The notes below the pieces were generated by a model. It saw nothing but the letters and a program-made list of their open reading frames with translations, was not told the origin of the DNA and did not search any database. A program made the translations under genes and the position numbers. From NCBI RefSeq assembly GCF_009914755.1, contig NC_060932.1: a stretch of 64,000 nt of DNA. The stretch is one strand, 5' to 3'. Of this stretch, positions 15,668 through 30,567 are shown in pieces (position 1 is the stretch's first letter; each line of letters starts with the position of its first letter). Origin of the DNA: the human T2T-CHM13v2.0 reference genome, Homo sapiens.

Positions 15668-15955
15668 CAGTGTGTTGTACGAGAGCTGTTTCTTGAATTT
15701 TCAGAAGTTTTGCATGCCAATTGTTAAAAACAGCCATTATTGAAAATTAGATATGTAAATATGTTATTTACATTATCCATGTGATTGGAATACTATATAA
15801 TAGTGTGCTATTGTACATCTCTTTTTATTTTTGAAATCAGCCCTAAATGAAAGAATTTATACCACAAAAATAACAAATGCTAAAAATCAGGGCTTCACAC
15901 CCCCACCCCCAACCTCCAAGAGCCAGGAGCTGACACTTATCAATGCTTAAATGCC
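15668..15955. mobile_element. MER63-like hAT relic
   Basis: ttgttaaaaacagccattattgaaaatt...aatgctaaaaatcagggct resemble MER63 consensus. Confidence 0.5.
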
Positions 15956-15959
15956 ACGT

Positions 15960-16660
<701 letters not shown>

Positions 16661-16858
16661 GCTGAATTGATGGATGGACAGATCATACCTCATGATTGTA
16701 TAGTGCATTAGCATTTACATATATATCTGCCTTAAGTCATTTTTATATTAATAGCAGTTCCGTGAAGCAGAGCAGGTTTCGCTGTGGTCCATTCTACAGC
16801 AGAAGAAACTGAGGCTCAGAGAGGTCATAGAGATCGTTTATCACAAAGTTAGTAATTA

Positions 16859-17153
16859 GGCCAGGTGCAGTGGGTCACACCTGTAATCCCAACATTTTGG
16901 GAGGCCAAGGCGGGTGGAATACTTGAGCCCGGGAGTTTGAGATTGGCCTGGTCAACATGACAAAACCGTATCTCTACAAAAAATACAAAAATTAGCTGGG
17001 CGTGGTTGCACACCCTGTAGTCCCAGCTGCTCAGGAGGCTGGGATGGGAGGATCACTTGAGCCCGGGATGTCAAGGCTGCAGTGAGCTGTGATGACATCA
17101 CTGCACTCCAGCCCGGGTGACAGAGCAAGACGCAGTCTCAAAACAAAACAAAA
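16859..17153 (+). mobile_element. AluJ inserted in a MIR
   Basis: Dimeric Alu; MIR core attctacagcagaagaaactgaggctcagagaggt just upstream. Confidence 0.92.
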
Positions 17154-17848
17154 TCCCGAAGTTAATAATTAAACCAAGTCTTCCTTCTCCAAGTCCCCAG
17201 CTCTTTCCATTTTACCACATAACTTCAGTCCTCTATTGTAAAGGATTTTGAAAACCAACAAGAAATTCTAATAATGAGATCTTCTGAAATATCTGACAAA
17301 AATTGGAAGGACAGAGAAAATATCAAGAATGTGAAGACAGTGGAATGAAGTCTGGAGGAGACGTGTTAACACCTTGCTCTATTTTTGCTTCAGATACTTT
17401 ATATTTATAGCCTACGCTCTTACAGTTGCTTCTTGCTGCTAGAATCAAGGCCGGTGGTTTGATGCATTGCACTGGGGAGTTCACATGTACTTCCTGGAAT
17501 GTGTTCTAGTTTGTTCATGGTAAGTATCTCAGTCTTATCTCAATATTGGCCTTACCAAGTTCTGCTTTTTCTATGGATTATCTGGGAGCCATTCCTTGGT
17601 CCTCTGAAATTACAAACCCAGACAACTGAGCATGGTCAATTGTCCTCCACGAAAACACCCAGGTGAAAAGGGAGTGAGTGTTATTTTCTTTGAGGATTGA
17701 CTTTCTCTACTATGTAACAATCCTTTAAATTTCTGTTTAAAAACCTTTTTAAAAGTGGTGAAGCTGCTCCATAATCTTATTGTCTTAAGAGCTCATTCTC
17801 TTAACCACGGAACTAGATCGCCTCTCAAATTAGTACAGAAAGTGTGAG

Positions 17849-18497
<649 letters not shown>

Positions 18498-18619
18498 TAG
18501 TAGTTCATTGAGTGGATGTTTCACAACGTATTTATCTGTTCCCTACTGATGGACTTAAGGCTGTTTCCATTTTTGCTAGTGCAAACAATGCTGCAACGAA
18601 TAACCTTGTATAAATACGT

Positions 18620-19178
18620 ATTAACTATATTTTATATTTTTTGCATTATTGATGCTCTGGCACCTGCGGCCTCACTGACCCAGGGGAAACTGCCTCTCCA
18701 GGACTAGCCAATTCTTAGAGATAGCAAATTACTCCCCTGGGAGTGCACCTTTCAAACATAAACCAACCAATCCACAGCCCATCCTCCAACTACCTCCTTT
18801 ACTGAGCTCTTACACTCCCAGCCACGATCCATCTCCCCTAATCACCCCAGGACCAGGTGCCAGACAACTTAGGGGGCTAATTTCAGAGACTGCTCCAGAG
18901 CCCACTGAAATTCTTCATATTAGCCAATCCTAAACCTATCTATCCTGCTTAGGCAGTTTTATTTATTCCTTTCCATGAAAACCACAGTAAAGACTCTCAT
19001 CTATGCTTTCCTCTCCTCCCTTTACCTTCTGACTGATCCTGATGCTTCCCCAGGTGGCCCTGTGTGGTACAATGGATGTGCCTTTTGTTTCTAGGAAACT
19101 GTGAGTAAAAATTTCTTTCATGACAGTCATTTCTGTGTCTTATTAAACCTTATGAAAACAAGGTACATTTTAATACAA
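18620..19178 (+). mobile_element. ERV1 solo LTR, MER39-like
   Basis: ctagccaattcttagagatag...cctttcaaacataaaccaaccaatccacagccc matches MER39 motif order. Confidence 0.75.
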
Positions 19179-19189
19179 AATGTTATTTT

Positions 19190-19860
<671 letters not shown>

Positions 19861-20434
19861 ATTTGTGATATAGGTCCCAAAAACAAGTGCAAAATCCTAA
19901 AAAGCAGCCTGAGCAAAAAAGATGTATTACCCTCAAAGGAGCAACAGCTAGACTGACAGCTAACTTCTCAGCCATGGGAATGGAAACCAGAGGACAACGG
20001 AAAGATGAATTCAATGCTCTGAAAGTAACTGGAAACTCAGAATTCCAGGTCCAATTAAAAAAATTGAGAAATGAAGAGAAAACGATGTCATTATTATAAA
20101 AAATGGAGAGAATTCATCAGCAGCAAACCTGCACTCAAGGAAATAGTAAAGGGAATGTTTTAGGTAGAAGGAAAATAATTCTCAGATTGGACTTTGCAGA
20201 TTCTGAAAGAAGAAAACATACAGGCTAAATATTTAAATAAATCCAAATAAAAAGTGATACCTAAAACAATAATTGAAGTATTTTGTGAGGTTTTAACTAT
20301 GTATAGAATTTAAAGTCACAAAACAATGCTATAAAAGGCAGGAAGAATTAAATGGAGTTGAAATGTTCTAAGGTCATTGCATTGTCTGGGAAGTGATGAA
20401 GTGCCAATTTATATTTTACTTTAAAAAAAAAATA

Positions 20435-20708
20435 GGGTCTTGCTCTGTCATCCAGGCTGGAGTGCTGCTGTGGCACAATCATGGCTCACTGCTGTCTTGA
20501 TCTCCTGGGCTCAAGTGATTCTACCACCTCAGCCTTCCAAGTAGCTGGGACTACAGGCATGTGCCACCATGTTCAGTTAGTTTTTTTTTGTAGAGATGGA
20601 GTCTCACTGTGTTGCCCAGGCTGGTCTCAAAGTCTTGAGCTCAAACAATCCTCCCACCTCAGCCTCCCAAAGTGCCGGGATTACAGGTGTGGGCCACAGT
20701 GCCCAGCC
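20435..20708 (-). mobile_element. AluJ
   Basis: Antisense dimeric Alu. Confidence 0.9.
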
Positions 20709-21636
20709 TATATTTTGCTTTAATAAATCAAGGGTGAATGCTATAATCTCTAGAGTAGCCACTGAAAGAATCGTTTTTTGAAAAGTATGATGAACAAGCA
20801 AATGCAGGGAAAATAGAGTAATGAAAAGCAATTAATCCAAAGGAAGACATGAAAAAGAAAAAGAGAAGAAAAGGAACACAGGATGGGTGGAACAAATAGA
20901 AAGTAGACAGTAAGGTAGTATATTAAAATCTAATGTATCAGTAATTATATTAAATATAAAGAGATTACTCCAATTAAAAGATGAAGATTATCAGAATGGA
21001 TTCAGAAACACTCAAATTACATGCTGCCTTCTAAGAATCACACACCAAAGCTAAGGATACTGAAAAGCTGGAAGTAAAAGAATGAAAAAAAGCTATATCA
21101 TGCAATATACTAGATGAAGTGCTATATCAAACAAAACAAGCTTTAAGAAAAGAAGCAGTATTAAAGTTAGAGGTTCATAACAATAAAAGTTAATGACAGG
21201 ATAGAGCAGAGTGATAAAAGGGTAACCAACTAAGAAAACGTAATAATTCTAAATTGTATGCACTTAATTGCACTCATACTCAATCTTATTCATATTAAGA
21301 AAATACAAATAAAAAAATAAAAAATACCCTTTTTAACCTTATCATATTAGACAATGAGTAAGTTAATATCACTCTGTTGTCAAGGCTATGAGGTAACAGG
21401 CATTAGCAGTGAGAGTATAAGTTGATATACCCTCTTTGAGGGCCTGTTTGGTCACAGCTATCAAAACTAAAAATGCACATTATCTTTGAGTCAAAAATTT
21501 TCTTTCTGGAAATGTGTTCTACTCGCACATTGTGCAAAATATGAGAAAAATTTTATGATAATAGATGCAGAAAAAAACATTTGGCTAAATTAACACTTAT
21601 TTAAAATAAAATTATTGGTAAAGTAAGAACAGCAGT

Positions 21637-22198
21637 TGTAGTAACTATTGCTGCATAAGAAATTACCCAAAACTTCATGACTCAAAACAACAAATAAATG
21701 CCTATCATCCTTACATATTCTCTGGATCAGGAATCTGGGAGCAGCTTAGGTTGGAATTCTTGCTCTGGATCTCTCAATGAGGCTTTAATCAACATTTTGG
21801 TAAGGGTCACAGTTATAGCAAGGCTTGACTTGGAGGATCTGATTCCAAGGTGGCTCACTCACATGGCTGGCAACTTGGTGTTGGTTGTTGGTGGGAGACA
21901 TTATTCTTTATTCATTATTATTACATGTGAACCTCTTTATTGGACTGCTTCAGTCTTCTCAAGACATAATGGCTGGTTTCCCTCTGGGTAAGTAATTCAA
22001 GAAAGATTAAGAAACACTAGAGAGAAGAGATGGACACAGAAATGTCTTTGATGACATAATTTTGGAAGTCACCCATTGTTTCTGCCATATTCTTTTCAAC
22101 ACACAGGTTAGCCATGGTTCAGTGTGGCAGAATACTATACAAGAACTTGGACTTGGAGGTGAGAATTATTGGGGCCATCTTAGATGCTGACTTCCACA
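21637..22198 (-). mobile_element. MaLR LTR (MLT1F/G-like)
   Basis: tattgctgcataagaaattacccaaaactt...gatcaggaatctgggagcagctt...ggctcactcacatggctggc...ggggccatctt...ccaca. Confidence 0.8.
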
Positions 22199-23734
22199 AA
22201 AGAGAATGCCCTTAATCTTATAATGTGTGTCTACAAAAAAATCTCAAAACAAACATTATATTTGATAGTAAAATTCTGGCATTTCCCCTTGAAATTGGGA
22301 CTGAGACAAGAATGCTCACTGGAACCATTTCTACTCAATGTTGTACCGAAGTCCTATTCAATGAAGGAGGAGGAGGAAGAGAGGTGAGAGGCATTAGCAT
22401 TTGTTAGACAAAAAGGGAAAAAAAGTCATTATTCGTAGATAACTTGATAATACATAGAAATTACAACTGAATCTCCCGATACACTTTCAGACTGAATGAG
22501 TGAATTAAGTAAGGTCACCAGTTACAAGATCTACATATAAAAATCTAATAGTATTTCTACAGCAATAAAAAATTAGAAGTAAAATTATTAAATATCACCA
22601 TTTAGGATAGTATATGAAATCAACTACTTAGGAATAAATCCAATGAAAGATATCCAGGACATCTACACAGAAAACCATATAACATTATTGAGGGAAATTT
22701 TAACAATTGAAGGAAATTCAAATAAAATCAGAGAAGACTCAGTATTGTAAAGATTCCAAGTCTCCCCATATTGATACATAGATTCAGTGTAATCCCAACT
22801 GGCTTCTATTGAGTGCGAGGGAACTGACGAGATTATTTTATTTTAAAATTTATATGGAAATACAAAGGGAAAAGAATAGTAGCCAAGATAATCTTGAAAA
22901 ATAGAGAGGGTGGAAAACTTATACTACTAATATCAAGATTTTATTTAGCTACAGAAATTAATACAGTAGGTAACTAGTACAAGGACAGGTAAATAGACCA
23001 AACTGATGAACAGAGTTCAATAAGAGCCACACATATATGGACACGGGATTTATCACAAAGGAACACTGCAGAGCCATGGTAAATGACAGTCTTTAATAAA
23101 TAGTGTTGGGTCAACTAGATATCCACAAAGAAAAATTAAAATTTTGACCCCTATCTCATACATATAAAAATCGATTTCAAGTGGACTGTAGCTTTAAATG
23201 TGAATGGTCATTCAATACGTTTTCCAGAACATAGTAGAATATCTTCATGACCTTGGGGTGAGCAAAGATTTCTTAAGTAACAAACAAAACATTAACATAA
23301 ATTGTGTTCATCACAGATATCTTTATGGGAGAGAAGGGCCGCTAACATCTAACATCGTGGGAGCAGATATTCACAAAGCATGTAACTGAAAAATGACTCA
23401 TATCCAGATACACAAATTATTGCTTACCAGTTAGAAAATACAGATAACCCAGTAAAGAAATGAACGAAGAACTTGAAAAGGCTCTCCATACAAGAGAATA
23501 CCCAAATAACATACACATATAGAAAACCATATGCAACTATATAGATATGAAAGATGTTCAGCCTCATTAATCATCTTTAGTCATTAGGAAAATGTTGATC
23601 ATGTTTTTGTAAACGTATTTACCTGGGTGGTGGTTAAATGGGTGTGCTCACTTTTGTGGCAATTTATCAAGATGTATACTTAAAATGTGTGCACTTTTTT
23701 GTATATTTGTTATACTTCAATGAAAACATTATTT

Positions 23735-24244
<510 letters not shown>

Positions 24245-24626
24245 GCTTCAGTCATTTCTAATGCAAGGAGTGAGATTAATATGTCTTGTACAGTGAGACA
24301 GTCCTTATGTAATCCAGCCATGTGTAGTGATTTACCTGTCTTTCCTAGATAAATAATTTCAGGGGTCTCATTTCTTTTTCTTGATTTGTTTCTGGCTGCT
24401 TTTATGGAAATACGCTACATCCATGGGCAAGAAATCCCCGATTCTCAGGAGACGGTTATCCCACAGGAAGTCCACAGGAAGTTCATCTGGCCACATGTTT
24501 TAACAGCCTTACTTCTCCTCACTTGAGCAGTGCGCCAGGGAGACTTCCATTTAGTTTGGGAAGCACCGACTTGATTTCATTTTTTTTTTCAGCCTTTGTT
24601 GATTGTAGCTCCATTTCTCCACTTGA

Positions 24627-24792
24627 CAATGGTGGTTCTAAACTCTTCTGGATCTGGGACATCTTTGAAAATCTGATCAAATCTCTGGACCCTTTCCCAA
24701 CGGGGAAAAATGCGCATAGATACTTTCAAAACAAAATTTTGTTTACAGTTCGGAGATGGAGATGGGAAGAGACTCCAGGGAGTTAAAATAGC
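24627..24792. mobile_element. hAT-Charlie MITE relic
   Basis: ggttctaaact...tttgaaaatctgatcaaatctctggaccctttcc...aaaaatgcgcata...aaaattttg. Confidence 0.55.
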
Positions 24793-25891
24793 AGGATTAG
24801 TGTAATTGGTTTCTCTACTAGTTAGAGAGCTCAGTTGGAATTACCTATGTAAATTTCCTTTATCACTTTTTATTTAAACCTTTTGGGTTGTAAACGAAGC
24901 AGTTATCAATCAAGTTAGGCAACACAATATCAGCTTTGGAAGTAAAACAAGGGACAAAAGCTATCATCAAAATGCAAATGAAATTTCCTGGGTGTGTCTT
25001 TCCTAATTCTTTTAAAGAAGAGGGAAAATGGGTACTTGTGGTTGTGGGAAATGCTTTTCCATTAATGGAGAAATTGAAACAAAAAGAGAAAAGCAAGTCC
25101 TGAGGCTTTCTTTTTTTTTTCTTTTTCCTGGAATTGGTCTTCCTAAGATAGGTGGATTCTTAAGGAATGCTCATCTTTAATAGCATATGTCAGGAGCACT
25201 CAACTCAGACTTCTCCCCTCTATAACCCACCCCAAGCTCCCTCTCTTTAGGGATCAGCGGGGGCCCTCTGGAATCCTAGGTTAGCTACCTAACCTAAGGT
25301 AAGGGTCCAGCCAGTACCAACTAGATCAGTGTGTTGGGCTGCTGAACCAACTTCCCTTTTCCACCCCTGGCTGGCAAAGTGTAGTTAAGCAGGGAATAAT
25401 TTGCATGGCAAATTTATATTTAAATGTGAGGACCAGTCTGTTTTTAATTTTATTCTATACAGCTAAAGAAGCATTTTAGAACAGGGGGGAAAACTTTATG
25501 ATTCATTAAAATAACAGGGCAAGAATGCCATTTTTCCTTCCTCAGCGAACCTGTTCTGAATATTTAATTCATAAGAGCTTAATTTTGGAAAATGCCTTTC
25601 CTCACTGCCCTGTTGGAGAGTGAACTGTGAGCCTACCTCTCATATCTTGAGGTGCTACCTTAATAAAATGCCTGGAGGGAGTCCATCTGTTTTATGGCCT
25701 ATTTTGTTTCAAATAGTTTTGGTGAAAACAAGCAGATTCTCCCCTAAAGCAAAGTAAAGGGGCATTTGGGCAATTTAGACACTAATCAAGTGATTCATCC
25801 AGGATGTTTCCAGCTTGTTTAGCCTTTCTCCTCTACATTTACCTGGATACTTGGCTATGTTTGTACATTTAAAAAATCCAGAGAATCTTGA

Positions 25892-26210
<319 letters not shown>

Positions 26211-27249
26211 AAAAGCATCCTTCTCAATTCAGTTTGTGATTCAAAATACTTGAAGAAAAAACTACACTTCCCCTCCTCCCCATTCTTAGAATTTGTCATA
26301 AATTCTTAGCCTCTGAGATAGGTAGTGATAACAGTCCTTATTCCGATCTACATTTTATGATCTGAACAATACACTTTGCAAGAGGTGTCAGATACATAGG
26401 AAGTAACTGACAAAGATATGTATGAAAACTGTCAAAGATTTCATACGTATAAAAATCATGGGTAATCACAACCAGACAAAAATCTTTAAACATTAAAAGA
26501 AAAAAAATCAACCAGAATGACTTAAGAGCCTTTCAATGATATTAGTTAGGTAGTTTTCATTTTCTGAGAAATCCATTTTTTTTGTTTTTTTTTTTTTGTA
26601 GAAGTAAATAACATGAGCTAGGTAGATGCAGATTTAGACATACCAGGAACTCAAATGACTTCATTTTTAGCAACTCATTTGACTGAAAAAGTTGTTTTCT
26701 CTATGTCTGTATAGGGGAATCCAAAAGGAACCCATGATGTAGTGGAAGCCCTCTTTTTAAGCACTCTGAGTTGAGCATTAACTCTGCTGTTCTTTGTACT
26801 AGATAAAACCAAACCCAAGGAGGCCTGTGCTCAGAATAAGTGTGGTTGAGTTAGTAAGGCCCTCTTCTCTCCTCACTCATGTTTTAGGCTTATACAGACG
26901 CATTTCTTACCTGCAGGAGAAATCCTCAACTCTTCTGGATTGGTACCCAGCGTAGCATAGAGATTATAAGAAAGTGAGAAAGAAAATTCTCAGCCCAGGA
27001 CTAATCCCATTGTATGACATTACAGATGAGTCTGGTCAAAATATTTGTTCAGGGCAGCCATGAAGGAAGTGGCAAAATGGAGCAAGGGTTTTGTGATAAA
27101 GGGGAAATGAAGGACTCCAGTTTAAAAAATCGTATTTCAATCCTGATTCATTGCTAACCTACAGTGCAACTTAGAGTAAGTCAGTTGGTCTTTCAGAGGC
27201 TGTTTCCTCATGTGTAAAACTAGGATGTTAATGATGTTTACATTATTAA

Positions 27250-27689
27250 TATAAAATAAAACTTACAGGGTTCATTTACTTGGCCTGAGCTCCTGCACTA
27301 GGCCCCAACAGACCAAACCAAAATGGAGTCACTCATGCTAAAGTTCCATGTCATCAAACCAAAACTAACTTGTTTACCTGACCTTCTGAGAAACCAGGAG
27401 GGAGTATAGCCAAATCTTCAAATAGGCCAGTTTTAGCCATCATGACAAGGGAGTCTCTATTTTAAACTCTATAAGGAAAGTAACTTTGAAACCACCAATT
27501 TGCTTTGTTTCCCTGTTTCTGTGTACTTCAACCCTTTTTTTTGCCAATAAAGTCAACCTCCTGTGCTTAGTTTATCCAAGGACCTTTTCTAAATTTTTAG
27601 AGGAGGTGCTGCTTTGTTTGACTAATGAATCGAAAATAAAAGCTAATGCAATCATTTAACTAAATTTGTTGCAATTTTGTCCTTTGACA
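27250..27689 (+). mobile_element. ERV1 (MER4-group) solo LTR inserted in a MIR
   Basis: cctgcactaggccccaacagaccaaaccaaaatggagtcactcatgct; AATAAA near end; terminal tgaca; subfamily not assigned. Confidence 0.65.
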
Positions 27690-27764
27690 TGAACAAATGA
27701 TAAGAAAATGGATAGTATTTGTGAAGCTGCTTCACAGATCATAATTGCTGCACAAATAACAGTA

Positions 27765-28091
27765 CAGGTGTCCCTCACTATCCATGAGGACTGGTTCCAG
27801 GACCTCCCTTGAATCCCAAAATCTGTGGATGCTCAAGTCCCTGATATAAAATGGCATAGTGTTTGCATATAAATTATGCATCTCCTCTCCTATGCTTTAA
27901 ATCATCTCTATATTACTCATAATATCTAATACAAAAATGTTATATTAGTAGTTATTATATGGTATTGTTTGTGGAACAATGACAAAGAAAGTGTTGATGT
28001 TCAGTACAAACACATTTTTTTCCCAAATATTCTCGATCTGCAGTTGGTTGAATCTATGGATGCAGAACCTATGGATACTGAGGGCTGCCTA
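27765..28091. mobile_element. MER2 (TcMar-Tigger MITE)
   Basis: TA-flanked, ggttccaggacc...ggatgctcaagtccctgatataaaatggcatagt...gatactgagggctg. Confidence 0.88.
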
Positions 28092-28146
28092 TACTATTGC
28101 TTTTTATTTAATTTTAGTAGAGAGGTAGAAGAAAGTTGAGGACATG

Positions 28147-28699
28147 TGTCAGAGGTGTATGAACCAGGGCCACTCCATCTTAAATAGGAGCTGGGTAAAA
28201 TGAGGATGAAACCTACTGGGCTGCATTCCCAGATGCTTAAGGCATTCTAAGTTGCAGGATGAGATAGGAGGTCAGCACAAAATTCAGGTCACAAAGACCT
28301 TGCTGATAAAACAGTTTGCAGTAAAGGAACTGGCTAAAACTCACCAAAACCAAAATGGCCACTAGAGTGTCCTCTGGTCGTCCTCACTGCTACACTCCCA
28401 CCAACGCCATGATAGTTTACAAATGCCATGGCAACATCAGGAAGTTACCCTCTTTGGTCTAAAAAGGGGAGACATGAATAATCCACCCCTTGTTTAGCAT
28501 ATGATCAGGAAATACCATAAAAATGGGCAGCCAGCAGCCGTCGGGTCTGCTCTGTCTCTTGAGTAGCTATTCTTTTACTCCTTTACTTTCTTAATAAACT
28601 TGCTTTCACTTTGCACTGCAAACTTGCCCTAAATTCTTTCTTGCATGAGATCCAAGAACCCTCTCATGGGGTCTGGATCAGGACCACTTTCCAGTAATA
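28147..28699 (+). mobile_element. MER41A solo LTR (ERV1), 4-bp TSD CATG
   Basis: tgtcagagg...ctccatctt..atagg...gaccttgctgataaaac...aataaacttgctttcac...ggtctggatc; catg on both sides. Confidence 0.9.
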
Positions 28700-29728
28700 C
28701 ATGCACATAGATATATTTTTACATATGTTTCTGTGTGTGTGTGGCCTGTATTCATGTGTTTGCAAAATACACAAAACAGTAATTAAATGAGATAACTTGT
28801 TTTGTAAAAAGTTTATTTGTAAGTAATTACAAGTAGTCACTTTAGTTTTAGAATCGTTGATCTCTCTTCTTTCCTTCTGGCAGTAATTAGATTGTAGCAC
28901 CAGATGTCTGTTCAAATTATAATTAGGAATATGCATTTATATACAAATAAGTATATAATGATCCTAAAGTTATTTTTAGCTTTGTAGGACATTTTTTTCT
29001 TCTCCTCCTGGCCTTTTCCCCTCACTTATTACCCAGGCTCTTCAAACTCCAAGCCTTAGGTAATTGCTTATTCTGATGTGGGTGAACCATATTGATTTGC
29101 CAGGAAAATCTTGATCTCAACCACCACAGAGTAAATAATAAACCCAAGAGTGACTTCCATTTTTGGTTCCTTTTAGCTTGTACATTTGGATGAATCGTTT
29201 AAGTTTAACCCTATGAAAGTTGGTTGAAGAATATTTTTGTCATGTTTATAAAATATGTAGCTTGAGTGTTCTTAGAGAATCTATTTTGGACTATTGCCCA
29301 GCTACATTTTAAATTGCTACTTGAAAGAGTTCCTTTCCTCAGATGATCTGATGTAGTCATGGCATCTGGTGTAATAGCAACTTTTGGAAGCTCCCAATCC
29401 TCCAATTTTTACATGCAATAGTTTGTTTCTTAGTTGTATCCAGTAAATTTAGAAGGCTAGAGGAATTGGAATTTTTAGGTGTTGTAATTTGGCACTAGCA
29501 TGCTAATAGGACAGTTCTCAAAGGAAGAAACAAACAGAAAAAGCAAAACAGAAGATGGACGAATAGGAACAGCTGCAGTCTACAGCTCCCAGCATGAGCG
29601 ACGCAGAAGACGGGTGATTTCTGCATTTCCAACTGAGGTACCAGGTTCATCTCACTGGGGCTTGTTGGACAGTGGGTGCAGGACAGTGGGTGCAGTGCAC
29701 CAAGCTTGAGCACAAGCAGGGTGAGGCA

Positions 29729-29992
29729 TCACCTCATCCAGGAAGTGCAAGAGGTCAGGGAATTCCCTTTCATAACCAAGCAAAGCTGTGACAGATGGCA
29801 CCTGGAAAATCGGGTCACTCCCACCCTAATACTGCGCTTTTCCAATGGTCTTAGCAAACGGCACACCAGGAGATTATATCCCGCGCATAGCTCAGAGGGT
29901 CCCATGCCCACACAGCCTCGCTCATTGTTAGCACAGCTGTCTGAGATCAAACTGCAAGGCGGCAGCAAGGCTGGGGGAGGGGCACCTGCCAT
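29729..29992 (-). CDS. L1 antisense ORF0, open, 87 aa
   Basis: MAGAPPPALLPPCSLISD...RVGVTRFSRC matches the primate L1 ORF0 peptide; expression not shown. Confidence 0.6.
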   Translation of the reverse strand: MAGAPPPALLPPCSLISDSCANNERGCVGMGPSELCAGYNLLVCRLLRPLEKRSIRVGVTRFSRCHLSQLCLVMKGNSLTSCTSWMR

Positions 29993-30567
29993 TGCTGAGG
30001 CTTGAGTAGGTAAACAAAGTGGCCGGGAAGCTCAAACTGGGTGGAGCCCACCACAGCTCAAGGAGGCCTGCCTGCCTCTGTAGACTCCACCTCTGGGGGC
30101 AGGGCATAGCTGAACAAAAGGCAGCAGAAACCTCTGCAGACTTAAATGTCCCTGTCTGACAGCTTTGAAGAGAGTAGTGGTTCTCCCAGCATGGAGTTTG
30201 AGATCTGAGAACGGACAGACTGCCTCTTCAAGTGGGTCCCTGACCCCCAAGTAGCCTATCTGGGAGGCACCCCCCAGTAGGGGCAGACTGACACCTCACA
30301 CGGCCGGGTACCCCTCTGAGACAAAACCTCCAGAGGAACGATCAGACAGCAACATTTGCTGTTCAGCAATATTCGCTGTTCTGCAGCCTCCGCTGCTGAT
30401 ACCCAGGCAAACAGGGTCTGGAGTGGACCTCCAGCAAACTCCAACAGACCTGCAGCTGAGGGTCCTGACTATTAAAAGGAAAACTAACAAACAGAAAGGA
30501 CATCCACACCAAAACCCCATCTGTGCGTCACTATCATCAAAGACCAAAGGTAGATAAAACCACAAAG

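Larger units (their letters stand above)
19885..23725 (+). mobile_element. Fragmented old L1M (ORF1 end, ORF2 and 3' UTR relics), interrupted by Alu and MLT1
   Basis: Degenerate L1 motifs: gctaacttctcagcc...ggaaaccagaggacaa; gcagaaaaa..atttg; ttcgtagataacttgat (ADD); ttaggaataaat; ggtcaactagatatccac; gttatacttcaat end. Confidence 0.75.

Noticed and set aside
17394-17525. Possible plus-strand exon (acceptors at 17393/17425, donor ATG|GTAAGT at 17520); isolated acceptors at ~290 and ~4175
   Set aside because: Splice-like motifs occur by chance; no coding signal or exon chain
24972-25406. Two octamer (ATGCAAAT) motifs
   Set aside because: The motif recurs several times across this AT-rich window; no independent support
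29667-29695. Tandem ggacagtgggtgca repeat in the L1 5' UTR
   Set aside because: Part of the older L1PA consensus, not locus-specific
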